This document shows positions 42,401 to 53,223 of a stretch of DNA of 64,000 nt, one piece after another. Under the pieces are notes generated by a model, which searched no databases, was not told the DNA's origin, and worked only from the letters and a program-made list of their open reading frames with translations. Both the position numbers and the translations under genes were made by a program. The stretch covers positions 2,368,001 to 2,432,000 of the forward strand of contig CBDBGH010000003.1 of NCBI GenBank assembly GCA_965205265.1. Direction: 5' to 3'. Position 1 is the stretch's first letter. Each line of letters starts with the position of its first letter. Source of the stretch: Alphaproteobacteria bacterium. GTDB lineage: Bacteria; Pseudomonadota; Alphaproteobacteria; Bin95.

Positions 42401-45348
42401 AGCGCCAGCCCTTCCGCGCGGCCGAGGGCGGTCATCTCATCGACCGCTCGGAACCGCTCAGATTCGACTTCGACGGCCACCGCCACGAGGGCTACCGGGG
42501 CGACAGCCTGGTCTCCGGCCTGCTGGCGGCGGGCGTGCGGATCGTGGCGCGGAGCTTCAAATACCACCGCCCGCGCGGCGTCTGGGGCTTCGGCCCGGAA
42601 GAGCCGAACGCCATGGTGACGACAGGCGTGCGCGGGGAGGCCCGGCCGAACCTGAAGGCGACCGAGGTCCCGCTCTCGGAGGGGCTGGAGGCCTTCGGGC
42701 AGAACGCCTGGCCCTCGGTTTCCTGGGACCTGGGCGGCGCGTTCGGCCTGGCCGGCGGGCTGATGCCGGCGGGCTTCTACTACAAGACTTTCATGGCGCC
42801 GGCGCGCTGGTGGCATGCGTTTTATGAGCCGCTGATCCGGCGCATGGCGGGCTTCGGGCCGGCGCCGCGCACACCGGATGACGCCTTCTACGCCAAGCGG
42901 CGCATCCACACCGACGTGCTGGTAGCGGGCGGCGGGCCGGCGGGCGTGGCGGCGGCGCTGGCGGCGGCGCGCGCCGGGGCCCGGGTGGTGCTCGCCGACG
43001 AGAATGTCCGCTTCGGCGGCGACCTGCTGCGCGCGCCCGGCGAGATCGGGGACAGCGACGGGCTTGCCTGGGTCGATGCCGCGACCGCCGAACTGGAGGC
43101 GATGAGTCATGTCCGCCTGCTGCGCCGCGCCACCGTCGCCGGCTATTACGACCACAACCTGCTGACGGTCGCCGAGCGGGCCGGACAGGAGGAGGGCGCG
43201 CCCGGCGCGCCGGCAATGCGGCTCTGGTTCGTGCGGGCCCGCGAGGTCGTGATTGCCGCCGGCGCGCATGAGCGTCCGCTGCTCTTCGACGGGAACGACC
43301 GGCCGGGCGTCATGTCGGCCTCAGCGGCCGGCGGCTATGCCCATGCCTATGGCGTGCTGGCCGGGCGGCAGGCTGTCGTCGCCGGCAACAATGACAGCAT
43401 CTACAGAGTGGCGCGGCTGTTGCGGAGCGCGGGCGTCGGCATCGCCGCCGTGGCCGACACCCGGTCCGGCGGCGATGTGCGCGACCTGCCCTGCCGCGCG
43501 GGCGAAGCTGTCGATCGGGTTCTGGGCAGCCGCCGGGTGCGCGGCGTCCTGCTCCGCCGGGCCGACGGCAGGGCCGGAGGCAAGGGCGAGCGAATCGCCT
43601 GCGACCTGGTGGCCGTTTCCGGCGGCTGGAGCCCGGCGGTGCATCTGCACGCCCAGGCGCGCGGCAGCTTCTGCTACGACGAGGAACGGGGATTGATCCT
43701 GCCCGACCGGCCGGGCGGCGCAAACCGGAGCGCGGGCGCAGCCGCCGGGCGTTTCGACCTCGACGGCTGTCTTGAAGAAGGCTGGGCCGCAGGCGCCGCC
43801 GCTGCGGCCTCCTCGGGGCACGAACGGGCCGCCGGCGAGCCGCCGCGCTCGCCCGACCGCAACGCCGGCGAGGCGCCCGTCTTCTGGCAGCCGGGCGGCG
43901 GCAAGCGCTTCGTCGATCTGCAATACGACGTAACCGCAGCGGATGTGGACCTCGCCGCCCGCGAGGGCTACCGCTCGGTCGAGCATGTGAAGCGCTATAC
44001 CGCGCTCGGCATGGGCACCGACCAGGGTAAGACCTCGGGCATGGCGGGCCTCGTTCTCCTCTCCGAAGCGCTCGGGCGGCCGGTGGCGCAAACCGGGACG
44101 ACGACCTTCCGCCCGCCCTATACGCCCGTACCGATAGCGGCCATGGCGTCGGGCCTCATCGGCGAGGGACGGGACGCGCTGCGCCGCACGGCGGCCGATG
44201 ACTGGCACGAGGCGCGCGGCGCTCCCTTCACCGCCGCCGGCCACTGGCGCCGGCCCCGCTATTATCCGCGCGAGGGCATGAGCGAGGAGGAAGCCATCGC
44301 CGCAGAAGTGCGCGAGACCCGCGCCGGCGTCGGCATCGTCGACGTCGGCACGCTCGGCAAGGTCGATATCCAGGGGCGGGACGCCGCGGCCTTCCTCGAC
44401 CTCGTTTATGCGAACCGGATGTCGAGCCTGAAGACGGGGCGCGGCCGCTACGGGCTGATGCTGCGCGAGGACGGGCGGGTATTCGACGACGGCGTCTGCA
44501 TGCGGCTTGGCGAAAACCACTTCTACCTGACGACTACGACCGCCCATCAGCACGAGGCGATGCAGCATATCGAACTGCTGCTTCAGACCGTCTGGCCGGA
44601 GCTGGAGGTCTATGCCACGGATGTCACCGAGCACTGGTTCGCGGCTGCGCTTGCCGGCCCCGGCTCGCGGGCGCTGCTGGAGCGGGCTGCGCCGGAGCTC
44701 GACCTTTCGGACGACGCCTTCCCGATGATGGCGGTGCGCGCGGCGACCGTCGCAGGCCTCTCGGCGCTCGTATTCCGGATGAGCTTCTCGGGCGAACTCT
44801 CCTATGAGATCGCCGTGCCCGCCGATCACGGGCTCGCGCTGTGGACGCGGCTCCTGACCGAGGGACGTGAGGACGGGCTCACGCCCTACGGCACCGAGGC
44901 GATGGGCGTCATGCGCATCGAGAAGGGCCATGTGACCCACGCCGAAGCGGATGGCCGCACGACGCCGGACGATCTGGGCCTCGGGCGCATGGTCAGGGCG
45001 GAAGGCCCCGGCATCGGCAAGCGCTCGCTCGACCTGCCCGCGCTCCGCCGGAACGGCCGCCAGCAGCTTGTCGGCCTCTCCGTCATCGACGCGCAAGCCC
45101 GCATCCCGCCCGGATGCCAGGTGGTGGAGAGCGACGACATGAAGCCCGCGCCGCCGCTCGGCCATGTCACCTCCTTCTGCTACAGCCCGACGCTCGGCCG
45201 GGCGCTGGCGCTCGCGCTGGTCGAGAACGGACGGGCGCGAACCGGCCAGACGGTCTATATCGCCTCGCCGGTCATCGACCTCTCCATGGCGGCGGAGATC
45301 GTCTCGCCGGTCTTCTACGACCCGCAAGGGACGCGGCTCAATGGCTGA
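42397..45348 (+). CDS. soxA: Sarcosine oxidase alpha subunit
   Basis: RSFKYHRPRG, GFYYKTF, KRYT.LGMG.DQGK, GcvT-like C-terminal half. Confidence 0.9.
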   Translation: MKRQPFRAAEGGHLIDRSEPLRFDFDGHRHEGYRGDSLVSGLLAAGVRIVARSFKYHRPRGVWGFGPEEPNAMVTTGVRGEARPNLKATEVPLSEGLEAFGQNAWPSVSWDLGGAFGLAGGLMPAGFYYKTFMAPARWWHAFYEPLIRRMAGFGPAPRTPDDAFYAKRRIHTDVLVAGGGPAGVAAALAAARAGARVVLADENVRFGGDLLRAPGEIGDSDGLAWVDAATAELEAMSHVRLLRRATVAGYYDHNLLTVAERAGQEEGAPGAPAMRLWFVRAREVVIAAGAHERPLLFDGNDRPGVMSASAAGGYAHAYGVLAGRQAVVAGNNDSIYRVARLLRSAGVGIAAVADTRSGGDVRDLPCRAGEAVDRVLGSRRVRGVLLRRADGRAGGKGERIACDLVAVSGGWSPAVHLHAQARGSFCYDEERGLILPDRPGGANRSAGAAAGRFDLDGCLEEGWAAGAAAAASSGHERAAGEPPRSPDRNAGEAPVFWQPGGGKRFVDLQYDVTAADVDLAAREGYRSVEHVKRYTALGMGTDQGKTSGMAGLVLLSEALGRPVAQTGTTTFRPPYTPVPIAAMASGLIGEGRDALRRTAADDWHEARGAPFTAAGHWRRPRYYPREGMSEEEAIAAEVRETRAGVGIVDVGTLGKVDIQGRDAAAFLDLVYANRMSSLKTGRGRYGLMLREDGRVFDDGVCMRLGENHFYLTTTTAHQHEAMQHIELLLQTVWPELEVYATDVTEHWFAAALAGPGSRALLERAAPELDLSDDAFPMMAVRAATVAGLSALVFRMSFSGELSYEIAVPADHGLALWTRLLTEGREDGLTPYGTEAMGVMRIEKGHVTHAEADGRTTPDDLGLGRMVRAEGPGIGKRSLDLPALRRNGRQQLVGLSVIDAQARIPPGCQVVESDDMKPAPPLGHVTSFCYSPTLGRALALALVENGRARTGQTVYIASPVIDLSMAAEIVSPVFYDPQGTRLNG

Positions 45349-45946
45349 CGAACCCGCCGATATCCGGCGCAGCGCCCTTGCCGGGCTCGACCTCGGCTCG
45401 CGCGCCGGCGGGGCGGGCGGCGTGCTGCTGGCCGAGGGCGCGGCGCGCGAGGGTTTCGTGCTGCGCGGCCCGGCCGGCGACGCGGGGTTCGTGCAGGCCG
45501 TCGAGGCAGCTTTGGGAGCCGCCCTGCCGCTGGAGCCGGGCGAGGCGGCCGAGAACGGGGCCGGCGCCCTGCTCATCCGCCTCGGCCCGGACGAATGGCG
45601 GCTCATCGCGCCGCTCTCGGACGGTGGCCGGCTCGCGGCCCGCCTCGCCTCGGGGCTCGGCAGCGGTCCCGGCGCGCTGGTGAACGTCTCCTCCGCCGAG
45701 ACCGTCATCGCCGTCGCCGGCGAGCGGGCGGCGGACCTGCTGGCGACCGGCACCGGCATCGACCTCGACCCGGCTGCCTTCCCTCCGGGGCGGGCCGTCC
45801 GCACCCGCATCGGCAACGCCCAGGCGCTTGTCCACCGCAAGGCGGAGGATGCGTTCGACCTCCATGTCCCGCGCAGCTACGCCCGCTCCTTCTGGGAATG
45901 GCTGGAAGAGCGCGGCCGCGAGTTCGACGCCGCCGTCGCGCTGTGA
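45341..45946 (+). CDS. soxG: Sarcosine oxidase gamma subunit
   Basis: [21 protein letters not shown]. Confidence 0.85.
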   Translation: MADEPADIRRSALAGLDLGSRAGGAGGVLLAEGAAREGFVLRGPAGDAGFVQAVEAALGAALPLEPGEAAENGAGALLIRLGPDEWRLIAPLSDGGRLAARLASGLGSGPGALVNVSSAETVIAVAGERAADLLATGTGIDLDPAAFPPGRAVRTRIGNAQALVHRKAEDAFDLHVPRSYARSFWEWLEERGREFDAAVAL

Positions 45947-45968
45947 CGCGGAAGGAAAGGAAAGCCTC

Positions 45969-46499
45969 GTGGCAGAAAGCATCCTCCGGGTCGAGCCGCT
46001 GACCCGCGTCGCGTTCGAGCCTTTCGGCGATGCGATCGAGGCGGACGGCGCACAGCATTTCAAGATCAACAACGGCTCGACGACCCGCTTCCACGACCTC
46101 GCCCGCGTCGATGTCGCGGCGGAAGGCGGGCATACGCTTGTCAACATCTTCCGCGCCCGTCCGCTGCCCATGCCGCTCACCATCGCCATGGTGGAGAAGC
46201 ACCCGCTCGGCTCGCAGGCTTTCGTCCCGCTGGAGGCCGCACCCTTCCTGGTGGTCGTCGCGCCGCCCGGAGACACCGTTAGGCCGGCAGACCTCCGCGC
46301 CTTCCTCGCGCGCGGCGGCCAGGGCGTCAACTACGCGCCCGGCGTCTGGCACCATCCCGTCATCGCGCTCGGCCGCGAAACCGACTTCCTCGTCATCGAC
46401 CGCGGCGGCCCCGGCGACAACCTCGCCGAGTTCTTCTTCGATGAGGGCGAACAGCGCGTCGTAGAGGTCATTCCACAGCCGGTGGCGGCAACGCCCTGA
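45969..46499 (+). CDS. allA: Ureidoglycolate lyase
   Basis: [36 protein letters not shown]. Confidence 0.9.
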   Translation: MAESILRVEPLTRVAFEPFGDAIEADGAQHFKINNGSTTRFHDLARVDVAAEGGHTLVNIFRARPLPMPLTIAMVEKHPLGSQAFVPLEAAPFLVVVAPPGDTVRPADLRAFLARGGQGVNYAPGVWHHPVIALGRETDFLVIDRGGPGDNLAEFFFDEGEQRVVEVIPQPVAATP

Positions 46500-48273
46500 G
46501 CGCCTCCAGAAACGCATCCCCGTAGCTGTGGAGCTTTGCGGCGCCGACGCCGGGGACTTCGGCCATCTCCTCCAGCGTGGCCGGGCGACGGTCCAGCATG
46601 GCGATGAGCACGCTGTCGTGGAACACGACATAGGGCGGCTTGCCCTGCGCCAGTTCCCGCCGGAGCGCGCGGAGCGCCTCGAAGCCTTTCCTGTCGCCTG
46701 ACGCGAGCGCGCGGGCTCCCTGTTCCTTTCGCTGCCGGGCCGGGCGGGGCTCCCGCTTCTCCAGCCGCAACTGCACCTTGCGCTCGCCGCGCAGCACGGC
46801 GCGCGCATCCGGCCCGAGGCGGAGCACGCTGAACCTGTCTAACGGTTCTGCGACCGCAAGCTCCGCCGCCATCAGTTGGCGGACGATCGAGCGCCATTCC
46901 GTCTCGCTGCGCGCCCTGCCGATGCCGAAGGTCGGCAGCCGGTCGTGCCGGAGCCTCTGGACCCGCTCGGTCTCGCGCCCAAGCAGCACATCGACGATAT
47001 GCCCGCCGCCGAAGCGCTGGCCCGTCCGGTAGATCGCGGAGAGCGCCATCTGCGCCGCCTCCGTGCCGTCGAAGGTCTCCGGCGGGTCGAGGCAGATATC
47101 GCAATTGCCGCAGGGCTCGCACTCGTCGCCGAAATAACCCAGCAGTATCTGCCGCCGGCAGGTCCCCGCCTCCGCATAGCCGACAATTGCGTCCAGCTTG
47201 GCCCGCTCGACGCGCTTCTGCTCGTCGGAGGCCTCCGACCCTTCGATGAAGCGCCTCAATTGCGCCGCATCGCCCGGGCCGTAGAGCATCCAGGCTTCCG
47301 CCGGCAGGCCGTCGCGCCCGGTTCGGCCCGTCTCCTGGTAATAGGCTTCGAGGCTCTTCGGCAGATCGAGATGGGCAACGAAGCGCACATCCGGCTTGTC
47401 GATGCCCATGCCGAAGGCGATCGTCGCCACCATCACCGCGTCATCCGAGGCGACGAAGCGGGTCTGCCGCTCCGTCCGCTCGGCGGCTTCCAGTCCGGCA
47501 TGGTAGGCGAGCGCCGGGACGCTGGCCCCGTTCAGCGCGGCAGCGACCTCCTCGACCCGCTTGCGCGTCATGCAATAGACGATGCCGGCCTCGCCCCGCC
47601 GTCCGGCGAGGAAGGCCAGCAATTGGCGGATGCGCTCGCGGCGCGGCTTGACCGTATAGCGGATGTTCGGCCGGTCGAAGCCGGAGACGAAACGCTGCGC
47701 CTCCTCCAGCCGGAGCTCGCGGGCGATGTCGGTGCGCGTCTCGGCGTCGGCCGTCGCCGTGAGCGCAATGCGGGGCACGCCCGGAAAGCGCTCTGCCAGC
47801 ACGGCGAGGCGCCGGTAGTCCGGGCGGAAATCGTGACCCCACTGGCTGACGCAATGCGCCTCGTCTATGGCGAACAGCGCGAGCGGCACCTTGTCGAGAA
47901 AGTCCAGGAAGCCCGGTGCGGCGAAGCGCTCCGGCGAAACATAGACGAGGTCGAGCCGGCCCTCGCGCATCGTCCGCTCGACCTGCCCGCGCTCCCGCCC
48001 GTCCAACGCCGAGTTGAGGGCGGCCGCGCGGACGCCGTTCTGGACGAGCGCAGCCACCTGGTCCTGCATCAGCGCGATCAGCGGCGAGACGACGACGGCC
48101 GCGCCCGGCCGGACCAGCGCCGGCACCTGGTAGCAAAGCGACTTGCCCGCGCCTGTCGGCATCAGCACCAGCGCGTCCTCGCCCTGGACCACCGCGTCGA
48201 TGGCCGCGCGCTGGTGGCCGCGGAACGCCTCGAAGCCGAAAACCCGCCGGAGAACCTCCAGCGGGTCCGGCAC
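46468..48273 (-). CDS. recQ: ATP-dependent DNA helicase RecQ
   Basis: [35 protein letters not shown] and HRDC domains. Confidence 0.95.
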   Translation of the reverse strand: MPDPLEVLRRVFGFEAFRGHQRAAIDAVVQGEDALVLMPTGAGKSLCYQVPALVRPGAAVVVSPLIALMQDQVAALVQNGVRAAALNSALDGRERGQVERTMREGRLDLVYVSPERFAAPGFLDFLDKVPLALFAIDEAHCVSQWGHDFRPDYRRLAVLAERFPGVPRIALTATADAETRTDIARELRLEEAQRFVSGFDRPNIRYTVKPRRERIRQLLAFLAGRRGEAGIVYCMTRKRVEEVAAALNGASVPALAYHAGLEAAERTERQTRFVASDDAVMVATIAFGMGIDKPDVRFVAHLDLPKSLEAYYQETGRTGRDGLPAEAWMLYGPGDAAQLRRFIEGSEASDEQKRVERAKLDAIVGYAEAGTCRRQILLGYFGDECEPCGNCDICLDPPETFDGTEAAQMALSAIYRTGQRFGGGHIVDVLLGRETERVQRLRHDRLPTFGIGRARSETEWRSIVRQLMAAELAVAEPLDRFSVLRLGPDARAVLRGERKVQLRLEKREPRPARQRKEQGARALASGDRKGFEALRALRRELAQGKPPYVVFHDSVLIAMLDRRPATLEEMAEVPGVGAAKLHSYGDAFLEALRALPPPAVE

Positions 48274-48299
48274 GGTCCGCGAGCTGTTTTTAGGGGGCG

Positions 48300-49004
48300 T
48301 CAGCCTTTCAGCGCCTTCTCGAACAACGCGGCCGTGCGCCCGTTGGCGAGCGCGGCGTTCTCCTCGTCATAGGGCTGGCCGCCGATGCGCGCGAAGGCGT
48401 GGTCCATGCCTGGATAGGAATGCACTTGCGTGTGGGCGTGGCCGGCAAGCCCTTCCCTGACCGCCGCCTGCGCCTCCTTCGGCACGAAGCCGTCCTCCTC
48501 CGCGATATGCAGCATCAGCGGGGCGGAGATGTTCGCCGCCTCGTCCAGCATCTCCTCGATGCCGACGCCGTAATAGCCGACATTGGCGTCGAGGTCCGCC
48601 CGGCAGGCCAGCATGTAGGCGAGCTTGCCGCCGAGGCAGAAGCCGACCGAGCCGATCTTGCCGGTGCAGCCCGCCATGGCGCGCATGTGAGCGGCCGTCG
48701 CCTTCAGGTCGTCGATGCCCTTGTCCACGTCGAAGCCCCCGTAAAGCTCGAACGCCTTCGCCCATTCCTCGTCGGTCCGGTCCGTGATATCGACACCCGG
48801 CTCCTGCCGCCAGAAGAGGTCGGGCGCCACGGCGATGTAGCCCTGGCCCGCCCAGTATTCGGCGATGTCGCGCATGGCGTGGTTCACACCGAAGACCTCC
48901 TGGATGCAAAGCACGCCGGGCCCGGAGCCCGAAGCCGGCATGGCGCAATAGGCGGTGAACTCTCCCGAGCCGTCGCTGGCCCGGATGGTGATGGTCTCGG
49001 CCAT
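48300..49004 (-). CDS. Dienelactone hydrolase family protein
   Basis: QEVFGVN, APDLFWR, GFCLGG, YPGMDHAF. Confidence 0.9.
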   Translation of the reverse strand: MAETITIRASDGSGEFTAYCAMPASGSGPGVLCIQEVFGVNHAMRDIAEYWAGQGYIAVAPDLFWRQEPGVDITDRTDEEWAKAFELYGGFDVDKGIDDLKATAAHMRAMAGCTGKIGSVGFCLGGKLAYMLACRADLDANVGYYGVGIEEMLDEAANISAPLMLHIAEEDGFVPKEAQAAVREGLAGHAHTQVHSYPGMDHAFARIGGQPYDEENAALANGRTAALFEKALKG

Positions 49005-49239
49005 GTCCGGCCTCCCTCTCGAACTGCCGGGCCCGCCCGCCGGGCCCATGAACCGGTGCCGGCCGGCACTCTCCCAAGGGCTGCCGGACCGCATCCTCTC
49101 CGCCACCATAGCCGCGCGCTCCGCCGCCGCACAAGCCAAGCGGCGGCGGAAGCCGGGCCGCACACCTGCCGGGAGTGTCATGAAGGCAAATCATGCACTT
49201 TAAGCATCGTATCGATAGCAATTTCGGTATCATGCCGGA

Positions 49240-50271
49240 ATGGTGGAGATGTTCTCTAAACGCGCGAGTTCCCGCTCGCTCGCGAACCTTGCCCCGGGCG
49301 AGGTAAAGTCCGTGGTCGAGGGATACAACGCGATTTACGACGCCGGCGAGCAGGGCAGGAGAGAGCAATACCGCTCGCTCGTAAATCACTACTATGACCT
49401 GGTTACCGACTTCTACGAGTTCGGCTGGGGCCAGTCTTTCCACTTCGCGCCCCGGCGGCGCGGCGAGAGCTTCAAGGCGTCGCTGCTCAGGCACCAGCAT
49501 TTTCTCGCCGACCGGCTGGCCCTGAAGCCGGGGATGCAAGTGCTCGATGTAGGATGCGGGGTCGGCGGGCCGATGGGCAACCTGGCGCGCTATGCCGGCG
49601 CCGGCTTTGTCGGCATCAACAACAATACCTACCAGATCGAACGCGCGAAACATCATACCCGGGATGTGCGCTCGTTGTGCCGCTTCATCCACGGCGACTA
49701 CATGCGGATTCCCGAAGGCGACGATCGCTACGATGCCGCGTTCGCCATCGAGTCCATGCCCCACGCGCCGGACAAGACGGGGGCGTTCCGCGAAATCCTG
49801 CGCGTCCTGCGCCCGGGCGCCTGTTTTGCGGGTTACGAGTGGTGCCTCACCGATGATTTCGACCCCGCAAACGCGGAGCACCAGTGGATCAAGAACGAAA
49901 TCATGGTGGGGGATGCGCTACCGGAGATCGCGTCCATGCCGGAGATTTGCGACGCCTTGCGCACGGCCGGGTTCGAGCTTCTGGAAGCCGGGGACCGCGC
50001 GCCCGAATCGGATCCCGGGACGCCATGGTACCGCGCCCTGCAGGGCCGCGACCTCACTCTTTCGAGCATTCCGCGCACGCCTTTCGGTCGGGCTCTCACC
50101 AATCTGACGCTGCGGGCGGGGGAGAGGCTGCGGCTGTTCCCGAAAGGCTCCCGCGCAGTCAGCACGCTGCTGAACGCGGCGGCGGATGCGCTGGTCGAAG
50201 GCGGCAGGACGGGCATCTTCACGCCGATGTATTTCTTCCTGGCCCGCAAGCCTCAGCGCCCCGGCGGCTGA
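49240..50271 (+). CDS. smt: Sterol 24-C-methyltransferase (SMT/ERG6-like)
   Basis: YYDLVTDFYEFGWGQSFHFA, LDVGCGVGGP, AIESMPHAP, LRPG..F..YEW, GIFTPMY. Confidence 0.9.
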   Translation: MVEMFSKRASSRSLANLAPGEVKSVVEGYNAIYDAGEQGRREQYRSLVNHYYDLVTDFYEFGWGQSFHFAPRRRGESFKASLLRHQHFLADRLALKPGMQVLDVGCGVGGPMGNLARYAGAGFVGINNNTYQIERAKHHTRDVRSLCRFIHGDYMRIPEGDDRYDAAFAIESMPHAPDKTGAFREILRVLRPGACFAGYEWCLTDDFDPANAEHQWIKNEIMVGDALPEIASMPEICDALRTAGFELLEAGDRAPESDPGTPWYRALQGRDLTLSSIPRTPFGRALTNLTLRAGERLRLFPKGSRAVSTLLNAAADALVEGGRTGIFTPMYFFLARKPQRPGG

Positions 50272-53223
50272 ACGCGGCGCGTCCCCGGCCGCAGGGCCAC
50301 CGGCGCTCAGGAAAGGGAACGGGCGGAAACCGCCTCCGGCAAGGGCGGCGCCGACCCGCCGGTGCAGGCAGCAGGAGCGGCGAGGTCCACCCGGTTCCGG
50401 CGGCGGCGCTCATAGAGGCCGAGCGCGTGCAGCGGGAAATACTGCCGGTAGAGCACGTAATCCAGAAGCGCCGTGCGGAAGAACACGCCGGCCATGTCCT
50501 GTTTGGGCCATGCCCCTTCGCCGTCCTGCGTGTCGAGCAGGAACCGGGCGCCCCGCGAAATCGCGGTCCAGTCCGGGTCTCCCGCCTCGAGGAGCGCGAT
50601 CAGGGCCCAGGCGGTCTGGATGACCTGGCTCTCCTCGTGCGGGACATAGCGGCCGGTCAGGCAGCCGCTGTGGTGCTCGCCCCATCCTCCGTCTTCACGC
50701 TGGCGCTCCAGCAGCCAGCGGCAGGCCGAACGCAGCGCGGGATCGCCGGGACGGGCCCCGGCGGCAAGCAGGCCCCTGATGCCGAACAGGGTGCCGTAGA
50801 TGAACTGGACGCCCCATACGCCGCGCCATGACCCATCGATCTCCTGGGCCCGGCGCAAACAGGTCTCGGCCCTCGAAACGGCCTCCGTCACCGCCCCATC
50901 CGCAATTTCGGGAAACCGCTCCCTGCAGGCGGCCAGCGCGGCGAGGCAGGAAGCGGTGCACTCCACGAAGGAATGCTCGGTCATCGAATCGCCGAACATC
51001 TCGGCCGGATTCAACCATTCCAGACCGAAAACCGAACGCTGCGCCTCATAGCTGCCGAATCCGCCGTCGCGGTTCTGGCCGCGCAGCATGAAGGCGACCG
51101 CATCGCCGAGCGCCGCCCAGTCCGCACCGCCGGCCGCGATGAGTCCGAGCACCGCTTCCGCCGTGCAGTCGCTCACCGGCCAGCCATGCCAGCCGCCCGC
51201 AAAGCACCAGCCGCCTCTGGGGTCGGTCCGGTAGGCCTCGCGAAACCCCTCGAAGCTCCTATCGATCTGCTCACCCAGCAGGAAACCGGCGCCGCGCCCG
51301 AGCGCCTCCTCGATCCCGGCGGGTTCGGGCAGCGCCGCCAGCGCCTGCAGCGCGAACCCCGTGTCCCAGGAGGCGCTTCTCGCGCCGGTGACGCGCGCGC
51401 CTTCGTCCTCGTCTTCCCAGATCCACCCGTCCAGCTGCTCGAGTGCCTGCTCGCAATCGGCATCATCCGGATCGTGCAGCCATAGCGCCAGAATGTTGAG
51501 GAGGCCGCTGACCGGGGAGATGCTCGTGTGGCTGGTGGTTTGCAGTTCCCATTTGATGCGCCCGACAAGCGCCTCCGTGCATCTTGCGCGAAGGCGCCTG
51601 GCGTGGAACCGCTCGAACAGCCGCGCCAGCCCGTATCCGGCCCTGAGCCAGAGGCTCGGCCACCGATAGAGGTCGGCCACCCGCAGGCGATTTCGGGCGG
51701 CAGAGAAATCGACACTGGCAAAGCCTTGCGGGAACAGCTCCTCCCGCAGCGACTCGGTCAGTGGCGTAACGGGCGCCTGGAACCGGCGCGCGTAAATCGC
51801 CGCCATCGCCATGTAGATGAGCCGGGTATGGCAGTACCAGTTCGAGGGGTGCAGCGGCAACCGGCGCGGCAGACTCCAGAGTTCCGGCAGAACCGCGTTC
51901 ACCCCGCGCCAGTCATAGAGGTTGAGGAGCGCCAGCCAGAATTTTCCCCAGCTCGGAATGCCCAGAACCCCTTCGGCCTGAAGGAACCGCCGGGCCGGCT
52001 CGACCAGGGGATCGTCCCGCCCGACGCCCAGCAATCTCGCCGCGACATAGACGAGCGCGGTGACGAACAGGTGGGGCGGCGAGTGCTCGTGCAGGCCCCA
52101 TGCGCCGCCTTCGAGACGGGTCCGCTCGAAGGAGCGCAGCACGCGCCGGCGGCGGCCCGGTTCCAGCGGCCGTCCGACAATGTGATGCAGCAGCGCATAT
52201 TGCGCGGTGAGCATGGGGCACCAGACCATCTCGCCTTCCCAGGCGCCGTCCTCTCTCTGGAGGCTCAGCAGGCGCGCGGCCGCGCTTTTCAACGCCGGCC
52301 CGGCATCGGGCGGTTCGACCTCCCTTGAGCGCGCGGGCCTGGAGGGTTCGCCCCCGGAAGGCATGGAGTACAGGAAGGCGCGGGCAAGGGCGTCGCGGGT
52401 TTGCCTGTTTTCTTCCCGGCCCTCGCGACTCGCCTTCCGCAACTGCCGAACGCCGCGCTGGAGCCACCAGATGCGAACGGCGAGCGCACTGAAGACGGCC
52501 CGCGCCCGATGCGAGGCGAAGCGGCGGAACGAGAACGGATTCTCCCGGGTCAACGCCCGGGTCACCGTGCCGCAAAATGCGAGTGTCATGCCGATCGCGG
52601 ACCGGTCCTCGCAGGCGAGTATCCGCGTGGTCCGGTCGCGGTAGGCCGAATTCGCCCGCCAGCCTCGGTAGATCGCGGATCTGAGGGCCATCGACTCGAT
52701 GCGGTAATCGGCGAAGACCTCATAGAGCCCCATTGCCAGGAACTCGGGAATACGGGTCGCCCGGAAGCGTTCGGCGGTGAAGTCCCGGAAGCGCTCGTTC
52801 TCGGCGAGCGTCAGCGCATCGCCGAAACCGAGCGTCATGCCGACCGCCGTCATGGGATGGTAGTGCCCGGCCGCGTCGCCGATCAGCACCCGGCGCGGGC
52901 TGCCGTACGTGACGCGCGGCCTCAGCCGATTGGCCGCCGCATGGAATTGGCCCGCCCGCAGCGCCTCGACGAAGGCCGGCCCGAGAGCCCCCGGCAGCAG
53001 CCCGGCACAGGATTCCGACAGGAAGGCGACCCGGTCCCGGGGCGTCCAGCGGTCCAGCGGCAGATCGACGATGATCCGGACGCAACCGCCCGCCAGACCG
53101 TATATGAGGATCGGACCGGGCCCGCCCAGCACCACATGCCCGTAGCCTTCGAAGGGCAGGTCCGCCCCGCCTATCGTCACTCCCAGCATCCGCGAGCAGA
53201 GCATCGGGTCCGTGGAGAGCCCC

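Noticed and set aside
50307-52330. Squalene-hopene cyclase / hopanoid cluster
   Set aside because: The catalytic motif is DCTAE, not DxDD, and the neighbours are CYP51, an ERG24-like reductase, SMT and an epoxidase
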